Shown one piece after another: positions 38,783 through 49,348 of a stretch of 64,000 nt of DNA. A model generated the notes under the pieces. The model was given only the letters and a program-made list of their open reading frames with translations, did not search any database and had not been told where the DNA came from. Source of the stretch: a phage. Positions within the stretch are counted from its first letter, which is position 1; every line of letters begins with the position of its first letter. Location: sequence record PZ452582.1. One strand, 5' to 3'. Made by a program: the position numbers and the translations under genes.

Positions 38783-40960
38783 ATGATTATCACCACTGAA
38801 AAAGAAACAATTCTTGGTAATGGTTCTAAATCAAAAGCATTTAGCATCACAGCATCTCCTAAAGTATTTAAAATTCTGTCATCTGATTTGTATACAAACA
38901 AAATTCGCGCAGTAGTCCGTGAATTGATTACCAACATGATTGATGCCCATGCTCTCAATGGAAATCCTGAAAAATTTATCATCCAAGTTCCTGGACGTTT
39001 AGATCCACGATTTGTTTGCCGAGATTTTGGTCCCGGTATGAGTGATTTTGATATTCAGGGTGATGATAATTCTCCTGGTTTGTATAATTCATACTTCAGT
39101 TCATCTAAGGCTGAATCTAACGATTTCATTGGCGGATTTGGTTTAGGTTCTAAATCTCCGTTTAGTTATACTGATACGTTTAGTATTACTTCATACCATA
39201 AAGGTGAAATTCGTGGTTATGTAGCTTACATGGATGGTGATGGCCCACAGATTAAACCTACATTCGTAAAAGAAATGGGTCCAGATGATAAAACTGGTAT
39301 TGAAATCGTAGTTCCAGTTGAAGAAAAAGACTTTAGAAACTTTGCTTATGAAGTTTCTTATATCATGCGACCATTCAAAGATTTGGCTATCATTAATGGT
39401 CTTGACCGCGAAATTGATTATTTTCCGGATTTTGATGATTATTACGGTGTAAATCCAGAAAGATACTGGCCAGATCGTGGTGGATTATATGCTATCTACG
39501 GCGGTATCGTTTATCCTATCGATGGTGTTATTAGAGACCGTAACTGGCTAAGCATTCGCAATGAAGTGAATTACATTAAGTTTCCAATGGGTTCACTGGA
39601 TATTGCTCCATCTCGCGAGGCTCTTTCACTTGATGATCGTACTCGTAAAAATATTATTGAACGAGTTAAAGAACTCAGTGAGAAAGCATTTAATGAAGAT
39701 GTAAAACGATTTAAAGAATCTACATCTCCTCGTCATACATATCGTGAATTGATGAAGATGGGGTATTCTGCTCGAGATTATATGATTAGTAATTCAGTCA
39801 AATTCACGACTAAAAATCTGTCATATAAGAAAATGCAGAGCATGTTTGAACCTGACAGTAAGCTATGCAATGCAGGGGTTGTGTATGAAGTAAATCTTGA
39901 CCCTCGACTGAAGCGTATTAAGCAAAGTCATGAAACTTCAGCCGTTGCATCAAGTTATCGTCTGTTTGGTATTAATACAACAAAAATTAATATCGTTATT
40001 GATAATATTAAAAATCGTGTTAATATTGTCCGTGGATTAGCACATGCGTTAGATGATAGTGAATTTAATAACACTTTAAATATTCATCACAATGAGCGTC
40101 TTCTGTTTATTAATCCGGAAGTAGAATCGCAGATTGATTTACTCCCTGATATTATGGCGATGTTTGAAAGTGATGAAGTTAACATTCACTATTTGTCAGA
40201 AATTGAAGCTTTAGTAAAAAGTTATATTCCAAAGGTAGTTAAAAGTAAAGCTCCTCGTCCTAAAGCTGCTACAGCATTTAAGTTTGAAATTAAAGACGGG
40301 CGCTGGGAAAAAGAGGAATTATTTACGCTCACATCAGAAGCAGATGAAATTACTGGTTATGTAGCGTATATGCATCGTTCTGATATTTTCTCTATGGATG
40401 GTACTACATCGCTTTGTCATCCATCTATGAATATTTTGATTCGTATGGCTAATCTTATTGGCATTAATGAATTTTATGTTATTCGTCCGCTTTTGCAGAA
40501 AAAGGTAAAAGAACTCGGTCAGTGCCAATGTATTTTTGAAGCTTTGCGTGATTTATATGTAGATGCTTTTGATGATGTAGATTATGATAAGTACGTAGGT
40601 TATTCAAGTTCAGCTCAACGATATATTGATAAAATTATCAAGCATCCTGAACTAGATTTTATGATGAAGTACTTCAGTACAGATGAAGTTTCTGAAGAAT
40701 ATACACGACTCGCTAATATAGTTAGTTCATTGCGGGGCGTATATTTCAACGGTGGAAAAGGTACCATCGGTCATGACATCTGGACAGTAACTAATCTTTT
40801 TGATGTATTATCAAATAATGCTTCAAAAAACAGCGATAAAATGGTTGCTGAGTTTACCAAGAAATTCCGTATTGTTTCCGACTTCATCGGTTATCGCAAC
40901 TCTTTAAGTGATGATGAAGTTTCTCAAATCGCTAAAACTATGAAGGCCCTTGCGGCCTAA
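38783..40960 (+). CDS. rIIA: rIIA membrane-associated protein
   Basis: 725 aa [32 protein letters not shown]...; T4 rIIA length and recall. Confidence 0.95.
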   Translation: MIITTEKETILGNGSKSKAFSITASPKVFKILSSDLYTNKIRAVVRELITNMIDAHALNGNPEKFIIQVPGRLDPRFVCRDFGPGMSDFDIQGDDNSPGLYNSYFSSSKAESNDFIGGFGLGSKSPFSYTDTFSITSYHKGEIRGYVAYMDGDGPQIKPTFVKEMGPDDKTGIEIVVPVEEKDFRNFAYEVSYIMRPFKDLAIINGLDREIDYFPDFDDYYGVNPERYWPDRGGLYAIYGGIVYPIDGVIRDRNWLSIRNEVNYIKFPMGSLDIAPSREALSLDDRTRKNIIERVKELSEKAFNEDVKRFKESTSPRHTYRELMKMGYSARDYMISNSVKFTTKNLSYKKMQSMFEPDSKLCNAGVVYEVNLDPRLKRIKQSHETSAVASSYRLFGINTTKINIVIDNIKNRVNIVRGLAHALDDSEFNNTLNIHHNERLLFINPEVESQIDLLPDIMAMFESDEVNIHYLSEIEALVKSYIPKVVKSKAPRPKAATAFKFEIKDGRWEKEELFTLTSEADEITGYVAYMHRSDIFSMDGTTSLCHPSMNILIRMANLIGINEFYVIRPLLQKKVKELGQCQCIFEALRDLYVDAFDDVDYDKYVGYSSSAQRYIDKIIKHPELDFMMKYFSTDEVSEEYTRLANIVSSLRGVYFNGGKGTIGHDIWTVTNLFDVLSNNASKNSDKMVAEFTKKFRIVSDFIGYRNSLSDDEVSQIAKTMKALAA

Positions 40961-40971
40961 TAAGGAAAATT

Positions 40972-41910
40972 ATGTACAATATTAAATGCCTGACCAAAAA
41001 CGAACAAGCTGAAATTGTTAAACTGTATTCAAGCGGTAATTACACCCAACAGGAATTGGCTTATTGGAAGGATGTATCGGTTGACACAATCCGTCGTGTT
41101 TTGAAAAATGCTGAAGAAGCTAAACGCCCTAAAGTTACTATTAGCGGTGATATTACAGTTAAAGTTAATAGCGATGCAGTTATTGCTCCAGTTGCTAAAT
41201 CTGACATTATTTGGAATGCATCTAAAAAATTCATTTCAATTACTGTTGATGGTGTAACTTATAACGCAACTCCTAATACTCATTCAAACTTCCAGGAAAT
41301 TCTTAATCTGCTTGTTGCAGATAAATTGGAAGAAGCGGCGCAAAAAATTAATGTTCGTCGCGCTGTTGAAAAATATATTTCCGGTGATGTTCGAATTGAA
41401 GGTGGAAGCTTGTTCTATCAAAATATTGAATTGCGGTCTGGTTTAGTTGATCGTATTCTCGATTCGATGGAAAAAGGTGAAAACTTTGAATTTTATTTTC
41501 CGTTCTTGGAAAATCTGCTGGAAAACCCGAGCCAAAAAGCGGTATCTCGACTCTTTGATTTCTTGGTAGCAAACGATATTGAAATTACAGAAGATGGCTA
41601 CTTCTATGCTTGGAAAGTAGTTCGTAGTAATTACTTTGACTGCCATTCAAATACTTTTGATAACAGTCCCGGTAAAGTAGTTAAAATGCCACGTACTCGT
41701 GTGAATGACGATGATACACAAACTTGTTCTCGTGGTCTGCATGTGTGTTCTAAATCTTATATTCGTCACTTTGGTAGTTCAACCAGCCGAGTTGTAAAAG
41801 TTAAAGTACATCCTCGCGATGTAGTATCAATTCCGATTGATTACAACGATGCTAAAATGCGTACCTGCCAATACGAAGTAGTTGAAGACGTTACTGAACA
41901 ATTTAAATAA
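40972..41910 (+). CDS. rIIB: rIIB protein
   Basis: 312 aa MYNIKCLTKNEQAEIVKLYSSGNYTQQELA...; T4 rIIB length. Confidence 0.93.
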   Translation: MYNIKCLTKNEQAEIVKLYSSGNYTQQELAYWKDVSVDTIRRVLKNAEEAKRPKVTISGDITVKVNSDAVIAPVAKSDIIWNASKKFISITVDGVTYNATPNTHSNFQEILNLLVADKLEEAAQKINVRRAVEKYISGDVRIEGGSLFYQNIELRSGLVDRILDSMEKGENFEFYFPFLENLLENPSQKAVSRLFDFLVANDIEITEDGYFYAWKVVRSNYFDCHSNTFDNSPGKVVKMPRTRVNDDDTQTCSRGLHVCSKSYIRHFGSSTSRVVKVKVHPRDVVSIPIDYNDAKMRTCQYEVVEDVTEQFK

Positions 41911-41938
41911 GGGCTTCGACCCTTAACTAAGGAAAATT

Positions 41939-42133
41939 ATGTTAGGTTATCAAGCACGAGTAAAAGAAGAATACGATCAATTAATGCTCAAAATTAATGC
42001 ACTGAGCAAATTTTTAGAAAGTACAAAGTTTCTAACGATTAATGAAGTTGAGCAAGAATTACTGCTTTCACAGTTCATCTCAATGAAATCTTACGCAGAT
42101 TGTTTAGAAAAAAGAATTGCACAATTCAAATAA
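41939..42133 (+). CDS. hypothetical protein
   Basis: 64-aa ORF after rIIB. Confidence 0.4.
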   Translation: MLGYQARVKEEYDQLMLKINALSKFLESTKFLTINEVEQELLLSQFISMKSYADCLEKRIAQFK

Positions 42134-42136
42134 AAT

Positions 42137-42160
42137 AAGGGGCTTCGGCCCTTTTGTTTT
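42137..42160 (+). terminator. intrinsic terminator GGGGC-TTCG-GCCC-TTTTGTTTT
   Basis: GC stem, UUCG loop, T-rich tail. Confidence 0.65.
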
Positions 42161-42171
42161 AAGGAAAAATT

Positions 42172-42501
42172 ATGATTTATTGTATGAATATCGGTGATTC
42201 CGACATAAAAGAGATTAAACTGCACGGAAACCATCACGCTAATATTGTGTACTGTAATAAATTTGAGTTTGGTCACGAAAAACTTGGGTTTCTTTACTGT
42301 AATGATGTTATAGTCATGGATAAAAAGGAGCTCGATGAACTTGACCGCGAGTCTTTAGATGAAAATGACCGAATTTATTACGGCACTCTTAAAGTATATA
42401 ACGCTTATCTCAGTGGTAAAAAGGAAAGTCTAAATGCAGAAAACGAATCCGGGTTTACAGAGACTATTTCAGATTCCGACATTTACCCTATCGAACGGTG
42501 A
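42172..42501 (+). CDS. hypothetical protein
   Basis: 109-aa ORF, overlaps next ORF by 68 nt. Confidence 0.4.
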   Translation: MIYCMNIGDSDIKEIKLHGNHHANIVYCNKFEFGHEKLGFLYCNDVIVMDKKELDELDRESLDENDRIYYGTLKVYNAYLSGKKESLNAENESGFTETISDSDIYPIER

Positions 42502-42991
42502 CTTGACTAGTGAAATGAAGGTCAAAATTGCTGATACAGCAAGATACTCTTTAAAACAAAACCCGAACCAGGATAAAGCAGAAGTTATTGAAAGATGTCG
42601 TATCGCTGTGTACGCAGAATTTTTTGTAGCAGATTGGTTAAGCGGGTATGTTAATAAAGGCCAAGAGGATGTTAATGACCCGTATACATACGCATGGGAT
42701 GTATTGGCGCATCCAAGATACTGCGGGCTTCGTGTAGAAGTTAAGACACACCAAACTGACTCACGTTGGATTTCTGTAACAACAGGATGCAGCGGAGAGT
42801 ATCCATACGGTTCTGGAATAAATCTAGGGCCCATTCTAAATCATCAAGTCGCTGACTGTATAATTATATTCAACACTAAAGAAATTCATCCAGGTGTCAT
42901 CCAGTACACTCCGAAGTTCATCGGTGACAGAGAAGACCTTCGTAAGGTTGTAAGAAAAAGCAACTACAACGGATGGTATCTTTCCATTTAA
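42434..42991 (+). CDS. denB: DenB endonuclease IV (putative)
   Basis: 185 aa, T4 DenB length; lies between rIIB and ndd; true start may be internal. Confidence 0.65.
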   Translation: MQKTNPGLQRLFQIPTFTLSNGDLTSEMKVKIADTARYSLKQNPNQDKAEVIERCRIAVYAEFFVADWLSGYVNKGQEDVNDPYTYAWDVLAHPRYCGLRVEVKTHQTDSRWISVTTGCSGEYPYGSGINLGPILNHQVADCIIIFNTKEIHPGVIQYTPKFIGDREDLRKVVRKSNYNGWYLSI

Positions 42992-43008
42992 AAAATTTTC
43001 ACAAAACG

Positions 43009-43038
43009 GTTTACATACCACAAGGACTGTGGTACTAT
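43009..43038 (+). promoter_or_regulatory. early promoter cassette
   Basis: GTTTAC 43009-43014, 17-nt spacer, TACTAT 43033-43038; near-identical to the cassettes at 14247, 46823 and 63857. Confidence 0.55.
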
Positions 43039-43065
43039 ACAACTATCGGCTACGGAGGAGTAAAA

Positions 43066-43329
43066 ATGAAATTTAAATTTTATTACGCTAAACATAAAAT
43101 AACTGATGAGTTTGTGTCAGTTGAATATTCTAGCGATGATGAAGGCATGATTTATACTCGCTTGGGACTATCGCATTGGGAGTCTGATACGCCTTATTTT
43201 TCAACTCCCGAAGAAATTACACGCTTAGTTAATGGTCATATGAATGACCACTGGTGTGTAATTCTTTCAGATAGTCTTAAAGCGGCTATTAATAGTAATG
43301 AAATGAAAATCGCTGAGATTGAACTATGA
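43066..43329 (+). CDS. hypothetical protein
   Basis: 87 aa from ATG 43066 after GGAGG. Confidence 0.45.
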   Translation: MKFKFYYAKHKITDEFVSVEYSSDDEGMIYTRLGLSHWESDTPYFSTPEEITRLVNGHMNDHWCVILSDSLKAAINSNEMKIAEIEL

Positions 43330-43514
43330 GTTCATTGTGGTGGTGTTTTGTTTGGTTAATTAGTATTCCATTAATTTGTTTAACATTTACTTTTGTAATG
43401 AGGTTATTATGAAAATTTTGAATTCTGTACTTATTGCTTGTGCATGGTGGGTTGCGCAAGTTTCAGCGGTAGTAGTTGGTATTCACATTTATTACGAATA
43501 TTTTTAAAAAAGTT

Positions 43515-43544
43515 GTTTACAAGACTGTTCCTCTGTGGTATTAT
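43515..43544 (+). promoter_or_regulatory. early promoter
   Basis: GTTTAC 43515-43520, 17-nt spacer, TATTAT 43539-43544. Confidence 0.5.
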
Positions 43545-43572
43545 TACCCTATCAACTACGGAGGAACAGAAA

Positions 43573-43686
43573 ATGAAAAAGATTGTTAAAGCTATATGGA
43601 ATGTAGTTATAATATTAGTAGTTTTGAGTATATTCCCAATCGTTTTAATGATTGATGTATTAAACGCTTACTTTGGATTTATGTGA
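43573..43686 (+). CDS. small membrane protein
   Basis: 37 aa MKKIVKAIWNVVIILVVLSIFPIVLMIDVL..., GGAGG SD. Confidence 0.35.
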   Translation: MKKIVKAIWNVVIILVVLSIFPIVLMIDVLNAYFGFM

Positions 43687-43693
43687 GGAAAAT

Positions 43694-43891
43694 ATGAAGC
43701 GTAAACGCGGTGCTTTTACATTTATTGAATGGTTTTTCGATAATATTTTTCCGGCTTTATTCATTTTCATGCTGATTTTCGCCTTAGGTTCAGCTGTAGT
43801 TGGAATTTATTTGATGGCGGTTGTCGGAATGGACATTCATCAAAATGGCTTAAAATCTGTGGTTGAAACAATTTGGAATGGTGTAAAATAA
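43694..43891 (+). CDS. small membrane protein
   Basis: 65 aa from ATG 43694, two hydrophobic helices. Confidence 0.4.
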   Translation: MKRKRGAFTFIEWFFDNIFPALFIFMLIFALGSAVVGIYLMAVVGMDIHQNGLKSVVETIWNGVK

Positions 43892-43998
43892 TGAATTTAC
43901 TAAGCATTTGGTTTTATATTCTCATGTTTTACGTTGGTGCAAATTTTCCGTATTGGATGGGATGGTCAACAACTGCATTTGGATTTTATACTCCCTGA
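43891..43998 (+). CDS. small membrane protein (not in ORF track)
   Basis: 35 aa MNLLSIWFYILMFYVGANFPYW... Confidence 0.3.
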   Translation: MNLLSIWFYILMFYVGANFPYWMGWSTTAFGFYTP

Positions 43999-44006
43999 GG
44001 TGAATT

Positions 44007-44222
44007 ATGAAAATTTTTAAAGATGTAAAAGTTGGCGAAATTTTTTGCTTGGATAGTGGTGATCAGTTAATTCGTATTTCACCTCTTAAGAGCACTAGCG
44101 AGAAAATGACAGTTAACGCTACTTTAGTAAACAACAGTAATGAACGTTTCTGTATTGAAAATGATACTGAAACTTATACTGTAGAAGAGTTCTGGGAATT
44201 GAGCGTCGACTGCGACGATTAA
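44007..44222 (+). CDS. hypothetical protein
   Basis: 71-aa ORF. Confidence 0.4.
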   Translation: MKIFKDVKVGEIFCLDSGDQLIRISPLKSTSEKMTVNATLVNNSNERFCIENDTETYTVEEFWELSVDCDD

Positions 44223-44281
44223 TTTATCGGCCGTGTGTATTCATGCGGCCTTGGAGTAGAAAATAATTAGAGGAAATTAAT

Positions 44282-44737
44282 ATGAAATACATGACTGTTA
44301 CTGATCTGAATAATGCAGGTGCTACTGTTATTGGTACAATCAAGGGCGGTGAATGGTTTTTGGGAACTCCACACAAAGATATTTTATCTAAACCTGGATT
44401 TTACTTTTTAGTGAGTAAACTCGATGGTCCATTTGATAGTCCATGCGTATCTGCACGATTTTATGTAGGTAATCAGCGTTCTAAGCAAGGGTTCAGTGCA
44501 GTTCTAAGTCATATTCGTCAACGTCGGTCTCAGCTTGCGCGTACTATTGCAAATAACAATGTTCCATACACGGTATTTTATTTGCCTGCTTCTAAGATGA
44601 AACCTTTGACGACAGGATTTGGAAAAGGTCAGTTAGCTTTAGCGTTTACTCGTAATCATCATTCTGAGTATCAAACACTTGAAGAAATGAACCGTATGTT
44701 GGCTGATAACTTTAAATTTGTTTTGCAGGCATACTAA
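44282..44737 (+). CDS. ndd: Ndd nucleoid disruption protein
   Basis: 151 aa, T4 Ndd length; position between denB region and stp/52. Confidence 0.88.
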   Translation: MKYMTVTDLNNAGATVIGTIKGGEWFLGTPHKDILSKPGFYFLVSKLDGPFDSPCVSARFYVGNQRSKQGFSAVLSHIRQRRSQLARTIANNNVPYTVFYLPASKMKPLTTGFGKGQLALAFTRNHHSEYQTLEEMNRMLADNFKFVLQAY

Positions 44738-44910
44738 TGAAAGCTCTATTTGTAATGGGTTACCTATTAGTTTTAGCCTTATTCACATTGACTGGAATCT
44801 TTACAGCTTTAGGTCTACCTCTTAATGATAATGTGGCTGTCGTGATGTGTGTAGGTGGCGGATTTATCTGTTTTGAACGTTTATGCAAAATGTGTGGTGT
44901 GTATGAGTAA
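44737..44910 (+). CDS. small membrane protein (possibly ac-like)
   Basis: 57-aa hydrophobic ORF; stop overlaps stp start. Confidence 0.35.
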
Positions 44911-44983
44911 TTTCCATAACGAACATGTGATGCAGTTCTATCGTAACAATCTTAAAACCAAAGGCGTCTTCGGACGCCAGTGA
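44903..44983 (+). CDS. stp: Stp peptide (activator of host PrrC anticodon nuclease)
   Basis: 26-codon [29 protein letters not shown], matching recalled T4 Stp; not in the ORF track. Confidence 0.8.
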
Positions 44984-44990
44984 GGAAAAT

Positions 44991-45149
44991 ATGAATATCG
45001 CAAAATTATTAGGAGTTATTTCATTTATTTGTTGGATAGTAGCATGTGTTTTAACTATCTGTATCGATGCTAGCAGTGTGTTTTCACAAGCTTTAGCCCA
45101 GGGTATGTGTGCATATTTAACATTTGTGTTGTTATCTACTAATGATTAA
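44991..45149 (+). CDS. small membrane protein
   Basis: 52-aa ORF MNIAKLLGVISFICWIVACVL... Confidence 0.35.
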   Translation: MNIAKLLGVISFICWIVACVLTICIDASSVFSQALAQGMCAYLTFVLLSTND

Positions 45150-45282
45150 GAAAATCTTGGGCTATTCATTAGCCCTTGCTACTTTATTGGTAGCACTATA
45201 TTATGGAGTAATGTTCGGATTAATTCAAGTCGTGCTTTTCATTTCTGATGTTATTATGGCACTACATTCACTAGTATGGTAA
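45142..45282 (+). CDS. small membrane protein
   Basis: 46-aa ORF MIKKILGYSLALATLLVALYYGV... Confidence 0.3.
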   Translation: MIKKILGYSLALATLLVALYYGVMFGLIQVVLFISDVIMALHSLVW

Positions 45283-45286
45283 ATTT

Positions 45287-46615
45287 ATGCAACTGAATAA
45301 TCGCGATTTAAAAAGTATCATTGATAATGAAGCATTGGCTTATGCTATGTACACGGTTGAAAATCGTGCTATTCCAAATATGATTGATGGATTTAAGCCA
45401 GTTCAACGATTTGTTATTGCTCGAGCTCTTGATTTGGCACGAGGAAATAAAGATAAGTTTCACAAACTCGCTTCTATTGCAGGTGGTGTAGCGGACCTTG
45501 GATATCACCATGGTGAAAACTCTGCACAAGATGCGGGGGCTTTGATGGCTAACACTTGGAATAATAACTTTCCTTTGTTAGATGGTCAAGGAAACTTTGG
45601 TTCTCGTACCGTTCAAAAAGCAGCAGCAAGTCGTTATATTTTTGCTCGTGTAAGTAAAAATTTCTATAACGTATATAAAGATACTGAATATGCTCCGGTA
45701 CATCAAGATAAAGAACACATTCCGCCTGCTTTCTATTTGCCTATTATTCCTACTGTTCTTCTTAATGGCGTTTCCGGTATTGCAACTGGTTATGCAACTT
45801 ACATTCTTCCTCATAGTGTTTCTTCTGTCAAGAAAGCTGTACTGCAAGCTCTTCAAGGAAAGAAAGTAACTAAACCGAAGGTAGAATTCCCAGAATTTCG
45901 TGGTGAAGTCGTTGAGATTGACGGTCAATATGAAATTCGTGGAACGTACAAGTTTACTTCACGAACTCAAATGAATATCACTGAGATTCCGTATAAGTAT
46001 GATCGTGAAACTTATGTGAGTAAAATCTTAGACCCACTTGAAGATAAAGGCTTCATTACATGGGATGATGCTTGTGGTGAGCATGGCTTTGGCTTCAAAG
46101 TTAAATTCCGTAAAGAATATTCTTTGAGCGATAACGAAGAAGAACGCCATGCAAAAATTATGAAAGACTTCGGGTTGATTGAGCGTCGTTCTCAGAATAT
46201 TACGGTTATTAATGAAAAAGGAAAACTACAAGTTTACGATAACGTAGTCGATTTAATTAAAGACTTTGTTGAAGTTCGTAAAACTTATGTCCAAAAACGA
46301 ATTGATAATAAAATTAAAGAAACTGAGTCAGCTTTTCGTTTAGCCTTTGCCAAGGCGCATTTCATTAAGAAAGTAATTTCAGGTGAAATTGTTGTTCAAG
46401 GTAAAACTCGTAAAGAACTGACCGAAGAACTTTCGAAAATTGAGATGTATTCTTCTTATGTTGATAAACTAGTCGGAATGAATATTTTTCATATGACTTC
46501 CGACGAAGCAAAGAAACTTGCTGAAGAAGCTAAAGCTAAGAAAGAAGAAAACGAATATTGGAAAACTACTGATGTAGTTACAGAATACACCAAAGATTTA
46601 GAGGAAATCAAATGA
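45287..46615 (+). CDS. 52: gp52 topoisomerase II medium subunit (GyrA-like)
   Basis: 442 aa MQLNNRDLKSIIDNEALAYAMYTVENRAIP...; T4 gp52 length. Confidence 0.93.
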   Translation: MQLNNRDLKSIIDNEALAYAMYTVENRAIPNMIDGFKPVQRFVIARALDLARGNKDKFHKLASIAGGVADLGYHHGENSAQDAGALMANTWNNNFPLLDGQGNFGSRTVQKAAASRYIFARVSKNFYNVYKDTEYAPVHQDKEHIPPAFYLPIIPTVLLNGVSGIATGYATYILPHSVSSVKKAVLQALQGKKVTKPKVEFPEFRGEVVEIDGQYEIRGTYKFTSRTQMNITEIPYKYDRETYVSKILDPLEDKGFITWDDACGEHGFGFKVKFRKEYSLSDNEEERHAKIMKDFGLIERRSQNITVINEKGKLQVYDNVVDLIKDFVEVRKTYVQKRIDNKIKETESAFRLAFAKAHFIKKVISGEIVVQGKTRKELTEELSKIEMYSSYVDKLVGMNIFHMTSDEAKKLAEEAKAKKEENEYWKTTDVVTEYTKDLEEIK

Positions 46616-46761
46616 GTCCATTCATAGGTATTACAAGCGCTGCATTAGTATCCGGTAGCATTTTACTGGCGGGTTTAGGTGTTGTTCCAGCCGTAGCAGG
46701 AGGTCTTCTTGCGTTCGGAATTCAACGTGTTATCATGACAGTTATCACAGTCATGCAGTAA
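46612..46761 (+). CDS. small membrane protein
   Basis: about 49 aa MSPFIGITSALVSGSILLAGLGVVPAV..., overlaps gene 52 stop. Confidence 0.35.
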   Translation: MSPFIGITSAALVSGSILLAGLGVVPAVAGGLLAFGIQRVIMTVITVMQ

Positions 46762-46766
46762 TTTTA

Positions 46767-46792
46767 GGGAGAGCCTCGGCTCTCCCTTTTTT
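46767..46792 (+). terminator. intrinsic terminator GGGAGAGC-CTCG-GCTCTCCC-TTTTTT
   Basis: 8-bp GC-rich stem followed by T6. Confidence 0.75.
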
Positions 46793-46822
46793 ATTTCAAA
46801 AAAAAAAAAAATTCACAAAACG

Positions 46823-46852
46823 GTTTACAACCAAAGCATACTGTGGTACTAT
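46823..46852 (+). promoter_or_regulatory. early promoter cassette upstream of motA
   Basis: GTTTAC 46823-46828, TACTAT 46847-46852; preceded by a 14-nt A tract (46798-46811). Confidence 0.55.
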
Positions 46853-46893
46853 ACAACTATCAACTGCTGATACAGAATTACGGAGATTAGAAA

Positions 46894-47529
46894 ATGTCTA
46901 AAGTAACTTACATCATCAAAGCTTCTAACGATGTTCTGAATGAAAAAACCGCTGCGATTTTAATTACTATTGCTAAGAAAGATTTCATTACAGCCGCAGA
47001 AGTTCGTGAGGTGCATCCAGATTTAGGTAACGCAGTAGTTAATAGTAATATTGGGGTATTGATTAAAAAAGGCCTGGTGGAGAAATCTGGTGATGGATTA
47101 ATCATTACTGGTGAAGCTCAGGATATTATTTCAAACGCAGCAACTTTATATGCACAGGAAAATGCTCCGGAACTTCTGAAAAAACGTGCTACTCGTAAAG
47201 CTCGCGAGATTACTTCCGATATGGAAGAAGATAAAGATCTCATGTTAAAACTTTTAGATGAAAATGGATTTGTTCTTAAAAAGGTTGAAACTTATCGTAG
47301 TAATTATCTTGCTATTTTAGAAAAACGCACTCACGGAATTCGCAATTTTGAAATTAACAACAATGGAAACATGCGAATTTTTGGATACAAAATGATGGAA
47401 CATCATATTCAGAAATTTACTGACATCGGAATGTCATGTAAAATCGCTAAAAACGGTAATGTGTATCTTGACATTAAACGCTCGGCAGAAAACATTGAAG
47501 CAGTAATCACTGTAGCATCTGAACTGTGA
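46894..47529 (+). CDS. motA: MotA middle-transcription activator
   Basis: 211 aa MSKVTYIIKASNDVLNEKTAAILITIAKKDF...; T4 MotA length. Confidence 0.92.
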   Translation: MSKVTYIIKASNDVLNEKTAAILITIAKKDFITAAEVREVHPDLGNAVVNSNIGVLIKKGLVEKSGDGLIITGEAQDIISNAATLYAQENAPELLKKRATRKAREITSDMEEDKDLMLKLLDENGFVLKKVETYRSNYLAILEKRTHGIRNFEINNNGNMRIFGYKMMEHHIQKFTDIGMSCKIAKNGNVYLDIKRSAENIEAVITVASEL

Positions 47530-47539
47530 GGAATAAATA

Positions 47540-47869
47540 ATGAACAAGTTAGAAATTGTCAATGAACTTCGTCGTTGCGCAGAACCCACTCAAGAGGGGT
47601 GGGACATCTGGTATCATGGAGCTTATCTTGGAACTATTGTAAAGATTAAGACTGGTAAATACATGATTATTCGTGAAAGTAAAGATGCTCCAGTAGGTAT
47701 TCGCAATAATTTCATGGCAGCGATAAGTTCCTTTACAGATGCAGCTTACGAAATTTACCTTGCCGATTATAAAGAATTCCAGGAATCTCAACCGGTTATT
47801 CGTTCAATTGGTGTTAACAAAGCTCAGCAGAAAACTTTGTGGCAACGTATTAAAGGATGGTTTAAATGA
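47540..47869 (+). CDS. hypothetical protein
   Basis: 109-aa ORF. Confidence 0.45.
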   Translation: MNKLEIVNELRRCAEPTQEGWDIWYHGAYLGTIVKIKTGKYMIIRESKDAPVGIRNNFMAAISSFTDAAYEIYLADYKEFQESQPVIRSIGVNKAQQKTLWQRIKGWFK

Positions 47870-48327
47870 ACCCATTTATTAATCGTTTAAAAATGTTAAA
47901 TGTTCCTTTATCTCGTGAAACTCCAGAAAGTCTTGTTGAAAAATTTAAAGCGCATGGTTATAAATGCACAGAAGAAGATATTCTGAAAGAAGTTCCTGAA
48001 ATCTGTTGGCAGACTGCATATTGGGATAAAAACCAAAAGTATCAACGACGAATTGTCTGTGCAGCCAACCGTTTTAAATTAAAAGATGGACGAACTCTTA
48101 TTATTCCAGGTGCTCGTCATTATTCTAAAGATATGGCAGAAGTTTTAGATGTAGTTAAACCTCAATTAGTTACTCAACAAGTTTGTGATGATGACCAAGG
48201 GTTTATTGACCAATATAGTAATTATTGGACACGTGAAGAAGCAATGATTATTGCAACTTACGCTGGACAAGTACGTATTGAACGTGGTGGTAGTGAAAAA
48301 GAACTTTACTCTGAGGACCTTTACTAA
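47866..48327 (+). CDS. hypothetical protein
   Basis: 153-aa ORF. Confidence 0.45.
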   Translation: MNPFINRLKMLNVPLSRETPESLVEKFKAHGYKCTEEDILKEVPEICWQTAYWDKNQKYQRRIVCAANRFKLKDGRTLIIPGARHYSKDMAEVLDVVKPQLVTQQVCDDDQGFIDQYSNYWTREEAMIIATYAGQVRIERGGSEKELYSEDLY

Positions 48328-48623
48328 TGAATATTAAAAAGTTTCAAATTGATGGAATTATGAATCAAATCCAGGCACTAGAATATGCCAATAAAATGAT
48401 GTCAACTAATTGGGGAATTTATACCAATGAGCCGGGATTTAAGTTCTGTGATATGGAATTCACCAAAAAGCTCGTAGGAAAAGATTATGTATGTCCATTT
48501 AGTTCTATAATAAATGACATGCTAAAACCTGCTTTACGCGATCTTTATATTGCGATGAACGAAGAAATGATAAAAGAATTAAAACGTCAACTGAAGGTGA
48601 TTCAATTTGGCCAGGGAAATTAA
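48327..48623 (+). CDS. hypothetical protein
   Basis: 98-aa ORF. Confidence 0.45.
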   Translation: MNIKKFQIDGIMNQIQALEYANKMMSTNWGIYTNEPGFKFCDMEFTKKLVGKDYVCPFSSIINDMLKPALRDLYIAMNEEMIKELKRQLKVIQFGQGN

Positions 48624-48908
48624 TTCAAAATCTGATTATTTTAATTCTCTCAATGATAAAGATAAAAATCTAATACGGCATTTTATTGTTGAGATGGGAT
48701 ATACGGATACACACGATTTAAGAGAACATATATTTGAATGTGGTGTAGCTAAAAAGTTTTCATTCACATGCAAATGTTTGAGAGAGGTAATTCAGCACTA
48801 TGAACAATTTAGTCGCAAAACATAATTTTAATAAAGCTTCTGTTCATAAGGATAAGAAGAAAGCGTTTAAAGAATCTAATCGCAAACAGAAACATAAGGG
48901 GAAGGTCT

Positions 48909-49187
48909 ATGATTATTGATTCTCAATCCGTGGTTCAATACACAATCAAAATTGATATTCTAGAAAAGCTATATAAGTTTCTACCAAACCTATACCATTC
49001 AATTGTTAATGAATTAGTTGAAGAACTACATCTTGAGAATAATGATTTCTTGATTGGAACTTATAAAGACCTCTCAAAAGCAGGATATTTCTACGTAATT
49101 CCAGCTCCAGGAAAAAGTATTGATGATGTATTAAAAACTATAATGATTTACGTCCATGATTATGAAATTGAAGATTATTTCGAATGA
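48909..49187 (+). CDS. arn: Arn anti-restriction (McrBC inhibitor) candidate
   Basis: 92 aa, acidic, immediately upstream of asiA as in T4; assignment by length and position. Confidence 0.6.
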   Translation: MIIDSQSVVQYTIKIDILEKLYKFLPNLYHSIVNELVEELHLENNDFLIGTYKDLSKAGYFYVIPAPGKSIDDVLKTIMIYVHDYEIEDYFE

Positions 49188-49348
49188 GTCATAATCTTGA
49201 AAAAGTAATCGAGCATAATGTAGCTCAGGAACGTAAGTCGTTCAAGGAATTCGTAGAAAAAATTTTTGAAGAAAATAACACAGACCAGTTTACAAATCAA
49301 GCGTCTGATGATATTATAACAAAGTCAACTAATTGAGTGGTATAGTTA

